The notes beneath the pieces were generated by a model. The model saw only the letters and a list, made by a program, of their open reading frames with translations. It made no database searches and was not told where the DNA came from. From Planctomycetota bacterium (GTDB lineage Bacteria > Planctomycetota > UBA11346), in NCBI GenBank assembly GCA_038213805.1, contig JBBQSO010000056.1, forward strand, positions 1 to 35,364: a stretch of 35,364 nucleotides of DNA, in the 5' to 3' direction. Positions 1 to 8,323 of the stretch are shown here, one piece after another (position 1 is the stretch's first letter; every line of letters begins with the position of its first letter). Made by a program: the position numbers and the translations under genes.

Positions 1-140
1 CCATCAGCCATCAGCCATCAGCCATCAGCCATCAGCCATCAGCCATCAGCCATCAGCCATCAGCCATCAGCCATCAGCCATCAGCCATCAGCCATCAGCC
101 ATCAGCCATCAGCCATCAGCCATCAGCCATCAGCCACCAG
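1..140. repeat. Heptamer tandem repeat (CCATCAG)n, truncated by the window start
   Basis: 19 perfect CCATCAG units (1-133) plus one variant CCACCAG (134-140). It ends 4 bp from the stop codon of the SGNH gene. Confidence 0.98.
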
Positions 141-144
141 CCCC

Positions 145-1413
145 TCACTTCACCGCCTTGATCGTGATCACATGCGTCACCGGCACGAGCGCCTCGCTGG
201 CGGCGGTGCGCAGCGCCCCGGCCTTGGCGGTGCCCTTGGCGACCAGACGATCCCAGGTGGCAGCTTCGTCGCTGATCACCTGGCGGTACTGGGGCACGTT
301 GTGCAGGAAGTTCTTCACGAACTCGGTCTCGTAGATCTGCTGGCCGCGCACCGCGCTCTCGACCTTGAGGAAGAAGGGCGTGAATGGATTGTCGCTGAAT
401 TCCGCGGCGAGATTGATGCCCTTGGCGAGGTCGGCGGCGCTGAATTCCTTGGTGGCGCCGCCCCAGGTGACGGCCAGGCGCTCGGCACCGGGGTTGGTCA
501 CCACCAGCAGGAAGCGGTTGAGCTCCTGGTTGAAGGGGATGAATTCGGCGGCGCTGGCGGTGGTCTGCTGCTTCGGGTCGCCGCTAACGCAGAACGGGTA
601 GCGCGTGCTGACCACCTGCACCGCGCCGTCGGCGCCGACGGCGAGGATGCGGTGGCCGGCGGTGGTTTCCGCCTTCTTGGCCGCAAGGTCGACGGTGACG
701 GTGCCGATCGCGCCGTCGCAGCCCAGCGCCTTGAGGTAGGCGTAGGCCATCACCAGGTGGCCGTTGCGCCCGGGGTGCACGCCGTCGCCGCCGGCGAAGA
801 CGTACTCCTTGCCGTACTTCTCCTTGGCCTTGGCCATCGCCGCCATCATCGCGCCGTGCACGTCGGCGAAGGCCACGCCCTCCTCGTCTGCGACCTGCTT
901 GGCGAGTGCGCCGAGTTCGGCGAGGGTCTTGTTGTACATCAGCGCCTGCTCGGGGCTGTGGTGAAAGGTGTCGGCGTCGACGCAGCCGGGCGCGCCGACC
1001 ACGATGAAGCGCGTGCCGGCCTTCTTGAAGGCGGCGACGATGCCTTTCTGCGCGTCGTGGTACTGCTTGGCGCGGTCGGCGCCGAGCGGCGCGTAGCCGC
1101 CGTCGTTCATGCCGTAGCAGGTGGTGGCGACCTGCGGCGCGAAGGGCAGGGCGTCGTTGGCCATGCGCCCCAGGAAGCCCCACGAGGTCTCGCCGCCCCA
1201 GCCGAACTGCATCGCCTGCAGCTTGGCCACCGGCTGGCACATCAGCAGGTAGTCCTCGATGTCGACCGAGTAGTCCTTCTGCTCGGTGATGGAGTCGCCG
1301 CAGACCGCGACCAGGTCACCCTCGATCAGGCCCTTCTCAGCGGCGGACGCGGTGAACGCGCAGGCGACGATGAGGGCGAGGGGCAGCGCGAGGGTGCGGA
1401 ATGACGTGGCCAT
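145..1413 (-). CDS. Secreted SGNH/GDSL-family hydrolase (esterase-like)
   Basis: N-terminal signal peptide; GDSIT block I, GWGGE block II, YGMND block III and DGVHP block V. Confidence 0.9.
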   Translation of the reverse strand: MATSFRTLALPLALIVACAFTASAAEKGLIEGDLVAVCGDSITEQKDYSVDIEDYLLMCQPVAKLQAMQFGWGGETSWGFLGRMANDALPFAPQVATTCYGMNDGGYAPLGADRAKQYHDAQKGIVAAFKKAGTRFIVVGAPGCVDADTFHHSPEQALMYNKTLAELGALAKQVADEEGVAFADVHGAMMAAMAKAKEKYGKEYVFAGGDGVHPGRNGHLVMAYAYLKALGCDGAIGTVTVDLAAKKAETTAGHRILAVGADGAVQVVSTRYPFCVSGDPKQQTTASAAEFIPFNQELNRFLLVVTNPGAERLAVTWGGATKEFSAADLAKGINLAAEFSDNPFTPFFLKVESAVRGQQIYETEFVKNFLHNVPQYRQVISDEAATWDRLVAKGTAKAGALRTAASEALVPVTHVITIKAVK

Positions 1414-1604
1414 GGAGGTCTCCGGGGGGCGGTAGCTAACGGTACACGGCTGCGGCCGTGACGTTGAGCGCGTGGCCCGTCCAGCCTAGCCGTACCCGCA
1501 TGCGTGCCCATCCCCCGCCCGGGGGATCCCTGTTCATTACCCACACCCGTCCGGCTGATTGGTGGGCAATGCATAGGGGAGCCCCGGGCCATCCCCGCGG
1601 GCGG

Positions 1605-3050
1605 TTATCCCGCCAGGTCCGGCAGCAGCTTCGTCCCGTCGCCCAGGCTCTCGACCGGGCAGCCGGCGCGCGCGAGCATGGCCATGAGCAGGTCGCAGAA
1701 GGTGCCCGCGCACTGCTTCACGTAGCGCCCACCGCGCACCGACCCGCCGCCGCCGCCGGCGAGGATGGTCGGCAGGTTGTGGTGGTTGTGCTTGTCGCCA
1801 TCGCCCATGCCGGAGCCGTAGAGCACCATGCAGTTGTCGAGCACCGTGCCGCCGCCCTCCTTCAGGTCCTTCAGGCGGGTGAGCAGCGCGGCGAACTGGG
1901 CAACGTGGTAGGTGTTGATCGCGCAGATCTTGGCGAGCTTGGCCGGATCGTTGCCGTGGTGGGAGAGTTCGTGGTGGGCCTCGGGAACGCCGATCTCGGG
2001 GTAGCCCGAGGTGGCAAGGATATACTGCCCGAACATCATCGTCGCGATGCGCGTGGTATCGCTCTGGAAGGCCAGCGCGACCAGATCGAGGAGCAGGCGC
2101 GCGTGCTCGTCGAAGCGCGCCGGCACGGCGTCTGGGACCTTCACCTCAAGCAGCGGCGAGTCCTTGGCCCCGCGCTTCGCCGCCGGCCCGGTCGCGCGCG
2201 CGGCGGCCTGCTGGCGCTCGATCGACTGGATGCGCTTCTCCAGCTCGCGCACGCCGTCGAGGTACTCGTCGAGCTTGCGCTGGTCGTTGCCGCTGACCTG
2301 TCCGCGCAGGCGCTGCGCGTCGGTCAGCACCAGGTCGAGCATGCTCTGGTCGAGCGACGGCGCGGCCGCCGCATCCGCGTCCGCGTTGCCGGCGGCGGGC
2401 GCGGCGGCAAAGCGCGCCGGGTCGCCGGCCGGGCCGCGCGCGCGGTGGACCGGGGTCGAGGCGCGCGACGAGAACAGCCGGGCGAAGACCGCGCGTGGGT
2501 TGATCTCCTTGGGCATCGGCTGGGTCGCCGAGCGCCAAGAGATGTTGGTGTTGTAGGCGCAGCTGTAGCCCATCTGGCAGTCGCCGGCGCGGTACGCCTG
2601 GTGGGTGCCGAGTTCAAGCGAGGGCAGCGGCGTGTAGGCGCCGATCTTCTGCGCCGCGATCTGGTCGGCCGAGATGGCGTTCTCCAGGGTGTCGCGGCGG
2701 GACGGATAACCGGTCAGCCAGGTGCCGGTCTCGCGCGGGTGCGGGGCGTTGCCGTCGCCGTAGGCGCGCAGGTGGTTGAGGCCGCCCAGCACCAGGCAGT
2801 CGCCGACGACCGGGCGCAGCGGCTCGAGGATCTTCGGCAGCGGCGTGCTTGCCGAAAGGCGCGCGTCGGCCGGCCAGAAGTTGGCGTTGTCGACGCCGTG
2901 CGGCACGTAGATGAACGCCATGCGCACCGGCGGCCGGCCAGCGCCCTTCGGCGACTCCGCCCAGCCCATGGTCTCAAGCAGCGGCAGCGCGAGCGCGGCG
3001 CCGAGGCCGCGTAGGGCGGTGCGGCGGGAGATGAGCCAGTTTTTCGTCAT
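1605..3050 (-). CDS. DUF1552 (HXXSHH) family protein with Tat-like signal
   Basis: Starts with SRRTALRGLGAALALPLLE; contains SADQIAA, SLELG, GYSCAYNTNISW, DTTRIAT, HHELSHH and LYGSGMGDGDKHNH. ATGA overlap with the upstream gene. Confidence 0.9.
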   Translation of the reverse strand: MTKNWLISRRTALRGLGAALALPLLETMGWAESPKGAGRPPVRMAFIYVPHGVDNANFWPADARLSASTPLPKILEPLRPVVGDCLVLGGLNHLRAYGDGNAPHPRETGTWLTGYPSRRDTLENAISADQIAAQKIGAYTPLPSLELGTHQAYRAGDCQMGYSCAYNTNISWRSATQPMPKEINPRAVFARLFSSRASTPVHRARGPAGDPARFAAAPAAGNADADAAAAPSLDQSMLDLVLTDAQRLRGQVSGNDQRKLDEYLDGVRELEKRIQSIERQQAAARATGPAAKRGAKDSPLLEVKVPDAVPARFDEHARLLLDLVALAFQSDTTRIATMMFGQYILATSGYPEIGVPEAHHELSHHGNDPAKLAKICAINTYHVAQFAALLTRLKDLKEGGGTVLDNCMVLYGSGMGDGDKHNHHNLPTILAGGGGGSVRGGRYVKQCAGTFCDLLMAMLARAGCPVESLGDGTKLLPDLAG

Positions 3051-5473
3051 GGTGCACTCGCGGCGCGGCGGTTGAGGAACGGGTAGCTGGTGGCGACGGC
3101 CATGACGATGCCATCCAGACGGTAGCCGTCGGCGGCGCTGGCGCGGGCGATGGCGTCGATCACGCGCTCGTCGGCGTCCTGCAGGCGGCGGCCGAGCGCG
3201 TAGCCCAGCAGGCGCGCGATGAAGGTGCGCGCGAAGTCGTCGCGGTAGGTCAGCAGCAGGCGCTTGAGCCCGTCGGGCGTGCTGAAGCGCCGCCCGCCCG
3301 GCAGTTCGCCGCTGGTGTCGACGAGCGCGCCGGCGTCATCGCGGGTGCGTGCGTGGCCGATGGCGTCGAAGCCCTCCAGGCCGAAGCCGATCTGGTCCAT
3401 GACCGCGTGGCACGAGGCGCAGGCGGGGTCGCTGCGGTGGCGCTCCAGCTTCTGGCGCATGCTCAGGCCCACGCCGCCGTGCTGGTCCTGCTGGTCGAGG
3501 GCGGCGACCAGCGGTGGGGGTGGGGGCGGCGGCGTGCCGAGGATCTCCTCCAGCACCCAGCGCCCGCGCTTCACCGGGCTGGTGCGCGTCGGGTGCGAGG
3601 TGACCATCAGCAGTGCCGGCAGGGTGAGGATGCCGCCGCGGTCGCGGTCCTCCAGCGGCACACGACGCATCTGCCGGCCGGTGATCCCCGCCATGCCGTA
3701 GAAGCGGGCGAGGTCGGCGTTGACGTAGGTGTAGTCGCAGTCGAGCAGCTCCAGCAAGCTGCCTTTATTCTGCAGCACCCCGGCAAAGAGCAGTGCGCCC
3801 TCGTCGTACATCGCCTGGCGCAGCTCGCGCGTCAGCCCGGGGAAGCGCGTGCGGTCGGGCTCGACGATGAAGACGTTGCGCAGCTGCAGCCACTGCCCGG
3901 CGAAGTCGTCGGTCAGGGCGCGCGCGCGCGGGTCGGCGAGCATGCGCCGCACCTCGCCCGCCAGCACCGTGGGCTGGTGCAGGGTACCCGCGGCGGCCGC
4001 GGCGGTGAGCTGCTCGTCCGGCATCGTCGACCACAGGAAGTAGGACAGCCGTACGGCGAGGTCGTAGTCGCCGATGGCGTAGGCGCCGTCCGCACCGGGC
4101 GGGCGCTCCTCTTCGATGCGCAGGAGGAATGACGGCGAGATCAACGCCGCCTTGATCATCAGCTTGACCGCGGCCGAGAACGGCGCGTCCTGCGCGTCGG
4201 CGAGGTCGAAGACGCGCAGCAGCAGGTCGAGCTGCGCGGCGTCGGGCGGGTGGCGGTACGCGCGCGCCGCGAAGTCCGTGGCGATGCGCCGCGCAGCCTC
4301 GCGCTTGGCTAGCCCGGGTCCGGGCGTGGCGGTGAACAGGCGGCGGTGGGCGGCGGTCAGCGGCGCCGCCGGCGGCCCCTGCACGTCGACGCTGTCGATC
4401 AGCAGGCGGCGCGGCCGCGCCACCTCGACCGCGCGCGCCGGGGCGCCGGGGGCGGCGTGCGTGCCGGGGGGCGTGGCGCTGCTGGCGACGGGCGTGGCCA
4501 CCGGGTTGATGAACACCAGCGACAGACGCTTCTGCCCCGGCGTGAGCGTAGTCGTGAAAGCGTAGGCGGCCGGGGACTTCGCGTTCGCCGACACCCGGCA
4601 CTCGTAGGCGGCCACGCCGTCGATGCGCACCACCACCCGCGCCGGTTCGCCGCCGGCGGTCTCGGCGGCGGCCTTGAAACGGATGGTGTAGGCGGCCGCA
4701 TTGGGGACGGGCAGCATCGCCACGGCCTCGCCGGGGCCGCTCAGCGCGCACGGCTGGGGCTTGCCGGCGGCCGGGTCCGCGGCGCGCTCCTGCGCCTTGC
4801 CGTCGACTACCGCGACCAGCTCGGATCCGCTCCAGTGCAGGTCGACGCGGTCGTCGACCACCACACGATCCAGGATGGCGTCGGCGGCGAACAGGTATTT
4901 CTCCATCAGCAGCGGCGACAGCGACAGCACGTCACCATCGCCGTCGAAGCCGTCGCCGACGTCGTCGGCGGGGAAGTCCGCTGCGGGCCTGAAGTCGATG
5001 CCGAAGAGGTCGTGGATGGTGCGGTCGTAGGCGCTGCGGTTGAGGCGGCGGCTGGTCACCCGCCCCGGATCGGGCGGATCGCTGCGTCGCAGCGCGCCGA
5101 TCCACGCGGTGATGCGCTCGCGCTCGTCATCGTCCAGCTGGCGGTGCTTGGCGGGCGGCATCTGGCGCGCCTTGAGCTTCTGCAGCGTGCGCAGCCACAG
5201 CGGGCGCTGCGCCGGGGCCAGCGCGGCCGGCGCCGCCAGCTCGAGATCGAGGTCGCCCTTCTGCACGTCCTTGCCGTGGCACTCGGCGCAGTAGCGGTCG
5301 AGCAGCGGGCGGACCTCGCGGGCGAAGCCCACGGCGAGCGTCGCGGGCGTGGCGGCGGGCGTCGACGCCTCGCCCGCCGCCAGGCACGCCGACGCCCACA
5401 CGGTCGCGGCGCACAGCGCGGCGGCGAGCAGGCCAGGGGGCCGGAGCTGCGGATGGTCCAGGCGCTTCAGCAT
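3047..5473 (-). CDS. Planctomycete cytochrome c / DUF1587-1595-1592-1588-1585 multidomain protein
   Basis: ATG at 5473 follows a GAGGAGG RBS. Heme-binding motifs CAECH and CASCH; family motifs RRLNR, LSYFLWSTMPD, FAGQWL, TSPVKRG and GFGLEGFDAIG. Confidence 0.9.
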   Translation of the reverse strand: MLKRLDHPQLRPPGLLAAALCAATVWASACLAAGEASTPAATPATLAVGFAREVRPLLDRYCAECHGKDVQKGDLDLELAAPAALAPAQRPLWLRTLQKLKARQMPPAKHRQLDDDERERITAWIGALRRSDPPDPGRVTSRRLNRSAYDRTIHDLFGIDFRPAADFPADDVGDGFDGDGDVLSLSPLLMEKYLFAADAILDRVVVDDRVDLHWSGSELVAVVDGKAQERAADPAAGKPQPCALSGPGEAVAMLPVPNAAAYTIRFKAAAETAGGEPARVVVRIDGVAAYECRVSANAKSPAAYAFTTTLTPGQKRLSLVFINPVATPVASSATPPGTHAAPGAPARAVEVARPRRLLIDSVDVQGPPAAPLTAAHRRLFTATPGPGLAKREAARRIATDFAARAYRHPPDAAQLDLLLRVFDLADAQDAPFSAAVKLMIKAALISPSFLLRIEEERPPGADGAYAIGDYDLAVRLSYFLWSTMPDEQLTAAAAAGTLHQPTVLAGEVRRMLADPRARALTDDFAGQWLQLRNVFIVEPDRTRFPGLTRELRQAMYDEGALLFAGVLQNKGSLLELLDCDYTYVNADLARFYGMAGITGRQMRRVPLEDRDRGGILTLPALLMVTSHPTRTSPVKRGRWVLEEILGTPPPPPPPLVAALDQQDQHGGVGLSMRQKLERHRSDPACASCHAVMDQIGFGLEGFDAIGHARTRDDAGALVDTSGELPGGRRFSTPDGLKRLLLTYRDDFARTFIARLLGYALGRRLQDADERVIDAIARASAADGYRLDGIVMAVATSYPFLNRRAASAP

Positions 5474-5625
5474 CGCCACGCCCTCCTCGAGAGACCGGCG
5501 ATGATGCCCGGGCGGCACGGGCGGCCATGCCGCGACCCCGCATCGGCATGGATGTTCTTACGGTATTTTATCGGCTGCCGCGGTGTCTTGGCGGCCATTC
5601 CCTGTGGCAGCCCAGGGGGCGACGC

Positions 5626-6558
5626 TCAGCGCGAGGTTCGGCCCCGCCGCGGCGGCTGCGGGTGGGGCATGATGGCGCCGCTCACCAGGGTGCGGCCGAC
5701 GGTGCTGCCCTGCGGGGTGCCGCGGCCGGGATCCTGGCGCACCGCCAGCGGACTGCAGCCGAAGTAGCGGCTGAAGACGCGCGAGAAGTGCAGCGGATCC
5801 TCGTAGCCGCAGCGGCGCGCCACCTCCTGCACCTGCAGCGCGGTGGCGGTGAGCAGGTGCACCGCGTCGCGCATCCGGCACTCGCGCGCGTAGACCGTGG
5901 GCGAGGCGCCGAAGGCCTTGCTGAAGACGCTGTGCAGATGATTGGGCGAGCGCTCGCAGGCACGCGCGATCTCGGCCAGGGTGGGCATGCGCCGGTAGTG
6001 GCGCTCGATGTAGGCGAGCGCGGTGCGCAGCACCTCGCCACCGTAGTCGCCGGGCGGCGGTCCAAGGCGCGCGCCGATGTGCGCCACCACCTGCAGCAGG
6101 CAGCCCTCGAGCGCGGCCACGGCGTAGGCCGACGCCTCCGCGACGCGCGCGGGCGGCTCCATCCCCAGGCGCGCCGCCTCGCCCACGGCAGTCACCCACG
6201 GGCGGTACTCGGCGAGCGGCAGGGACAGCGGCCGTTCCAGCCGGCCGAGGTGGAGGTCGGCGGAGAGCTGCTCGAGGTTGTAGTTGATCCAGCGGTGGCG
6301 CATGCCCGGCGTGCGCCGGCGCGCGAAGCGGTGGCCGGGGATGAGATGCAGCGCGCCGCCGGCCAGTCGCCACTCCTGCCCGTCGAAGGCGATCGTGCAC
6401 TCGCCCTCGAGAATGTGCCAGATGGTGTGGTTCCAGGTGCGGTAGGGGCCCTTGTCCCACACCGACCAGCCGGCATCGACGGTGTGCTCGCCGCAGGCGG
6501 CGATGCGGATGGCGCCGACATGTGGCAGCGGGCCGGCGCCGGTGAGGGAAAGCGGCAT
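5626..6558 (-). CDS. AraC-family transcriptional regulator
   Basis: Cupin-like N-terminus (ILEGECTI...LHLIPG); C-terminal double HTH (LAEIARAC...HLHSVFSK and VQEVARRCGYEDPLHFSRVFSRYFGCSP). Confidence 0.9.
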   Translation of the reverse strand: MPLSLTGAGPLPHVGAIRIAACGEHTVDAGWSVWDKGPYRTWNHTIWHILEGECTIAFDGQEWRLAGGALHLIPGHRFARRRTPGMRHRWINYNLEQLSADLHLGRLERPLSLPLAEYRPWVTAVGEAARLGMEPPARVAEASAYAVAALEGCLLQVVAHIGARLGPPPGDYGGEVLRTALAYIERHYRRMPTLAEIARACERSPNHLHSVFSKAFGASPTVYARECRMRDAVHLLTATALQVQEVARRCGYEDPLHFSRVFSRYFGCSPLAVRQDPGRGTPQGSTVGRTLVSGAIMPHPQPPRRGRTSR

Positions 6559-6614
6559 GGCGGAAGATCATCCATGCGTCGGCGCCACGCGCCAGTGGCA
6601 GGGGATGCCCCGAG

Positions 6615-7829
6615 TCAGCCCTTGTTCCCGAACATGTTCTTAACGCGCGTCATCAGCGCCTTGCGCCGGCCGTCCCCGACCACGACGCGCCCGCTCGACG
6701 AATCGCCATCCTCCGTGCGCAGCAGTTTGAGCGCCTCGTAGGTCGCGCGCAGCGCCTGCCCAAGCTCCGCGTAACTGGCGAAACGCTCCTCCGGCTGCTT
6801 GGCGAGCATGCGCAGCAGCAGCGCCGAGAGCTGGGGCGGGAAGCCGCTGATCAGCTCGCCGGGCACCGGCGGCGGATCGTGGATGTGGCGGTAGACCAAG
6901 CGCAGCGGATCGCTGTCGGTGAAGGGCGGCACGCCCACGGCGCTGTGGAAGAGGGTGGCCCCGAGCGCGTAGATGTCGGCGCGGAAGTCGGCGTGGTCGG
7001 GGTCGGTGGCCTGCTCCGGCGCCATGTAGGCGGGCGTGCCGGCGACCTCGCCGAGCGGTGTGGCGCGCTGCTCCTCACCGGTGTTGCCGGACAGCACGCT
7101 GTGGCGGGCGAGCCCGAAGTCGACGAGCTTGGCGCGGCCTTCGCGCGAGATCAGGATGTTGCCCGGCTTGACGTCACGGTGCACCAGACCCTGCTGCAGC
7201 CCGGCGCCGAGACCGGCACAGATGTGCATGCCGAGCTTGAGCACGCTCAGCGGGCGCAGCGGCTGGCGTGCGATGGCGCGGCCGAGGCTGACGCCGTCGA
7301 TGAACTCCATGACGATGTAGGCGTGGCGCTCCTCCATGGTGACGTCGTGCACGCGCACCACGTTGGCGTGGCTGATCAGCGAGGTGAAGCGCGCCTCCTC
7401 ACAGAGCTGCTCGGCGAGCTGCGGGCGCTGGCGCAGCACCCACGGCTGCAGCAGCTTGATCGCCACCTGGGTGCGCATCAGCAGGTGGGTGGCGCGGTAG
7501 ACCGCGGCGAAGCCGCCACTGCCGAGCAGCTCCTCGAGGCGGTATTTGCCAAGCACGGTGCCGACGGCGGGCAGCTCATCTTCGCTGCCCGGCGCACCGT
7601 GCCCGGCGCCCGAGAGGTCGGCGGCGTGGGTCGGGGTCGGATCGCGCGTGCCGGCATCGTCGGCCGGACGCGCGCTGACGGGCGCGGCCGGCGCGCCGAC
7701 GAATAGTTCATCGGCGAGCGCGTATCCGGCGAGCGGCGCGCAGCGGCCGGACAGCAGCCCGGGCGCGACGAAACCGTCGCTGGCGAAGCAGCCGTCGAGG
7801 ACCAGGCCGCCGAGCTGGTGCAGGCTCAT
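6615..7829 (-). CDS. Cytoplasmic Hanks-type Ser/Thr protein kinase (404 aa)
   Basis: Motifs GSGGFAAV, VAIK, HRDVKPGN, DFGLA, GTPAYMAPE and DIYALG. Start placed at ATG 7829, which overlaps the upstream stop (ATGA). No transmembrane segment seen. Confidence 0.93.
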   Translation of the reverse strand: MSLHQLGGLVLDGCFASDGFVAPGLLSGRCAPLAGYALADELFVGAPAAPVSARPADDAGTRDPTPTHAADLSGAGHGAPGSEDELPAVGTVLGKYRLEELLGSGGFAAVYRATHLLMRTQVAIKLLQPWVLRQRPQLAEQLCEEARFTSLISHANVVRVHDVTMEERHAYIVMEFIDGVSLGRAIARQPLRPLSVLKLGMHICAGLGAGLQQGLVHRDVKPGNILISREGRAKLVDFGLARHSVLSGNTGEEQRATPLGEVAGTPAYMAPEQATDPDHADFRADIYALGATLFHSAVGVPPFTDSDPLRLVYRHIHDPPPVPGELISGFPPQLSALLLRMLAKQPEERFASYAELGQALRATYEALKLLRTEDGDSSSGRVVVGDGRRKALMTRVKNMFGNKG

Positions 7830-8323
7830 GCGCGGCTCTCCGTCGCCGTGGGGGCCAGCAGCAGGGTGCGCGCGGCGCCCACCGCGGCGGGCGGCAGCAG
7901 TCGTTCGGCCGCGAGCGCCAGCCCGAGCGCGGCGAGGCCATGGCGCTCCGCGAGCGGACCGGCCGGGAAGCCGCCGAGCGCGAGGTGCCCGCCGGCGAAG
8001 CCCACGGGCAGCGGCCGCACTGCTCCGGCGAGCGTCGCGACCTGCAGGCAGCGCCCGGCTCGCAGCGCCAGGGGCAGGCGCCGGCAGGTCAGCAGGATCC
8101 AGCTCTCCGCGCCGGATGGCAGCCCGAGCAGCGCGCCGAGATCGACGGCGACGCGTGGGCTGCCGGCGTGCAGCACCGTACCGAGCAGCGCCGGATGCGC
8201 CTGCGCGGTGGCCGGAGGCGCGGTCAGCGCCTCGGCAAGCAGCACGCGCTCGACCTCGGCGATGGGCAGGGCGAGCAGCCACGGGGCGGCGATCAGCAGC
8301 AGCGCCTGGGCGGGCGGGCTCAT
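7826..8323 (-). CDS. Divergent CheW-like protein
   Basis: LALPIAEVERVL, HPALLGTV...VAVDLGALLGL and LALRAG patterns match CheW. ATGA overlaps on both sides. Confidence 0.7.
   Translation of the reverse strand: MSPPAQALLLIAAPWLLALPIAEVERVLLAEALTAPPATAQAHPALLGTVLHAGSPRVAVDLGALLGLPSGAESWILLTCRRLPLALRAGRCLQVATLAGAVRPLPVGFAGGHLALGGFPAGPLAERHGLAALGLALAAERLLPPAAVGAARTLLLAPTATESRA

Noticed and set aside
1..140. CRISPR array or coding PSAISHQ repeat
   Set aside because: There are no spacers and no cas genes. The plus-strand frames are open only because the unit lacks stop codons, and there is no other coding evidence.
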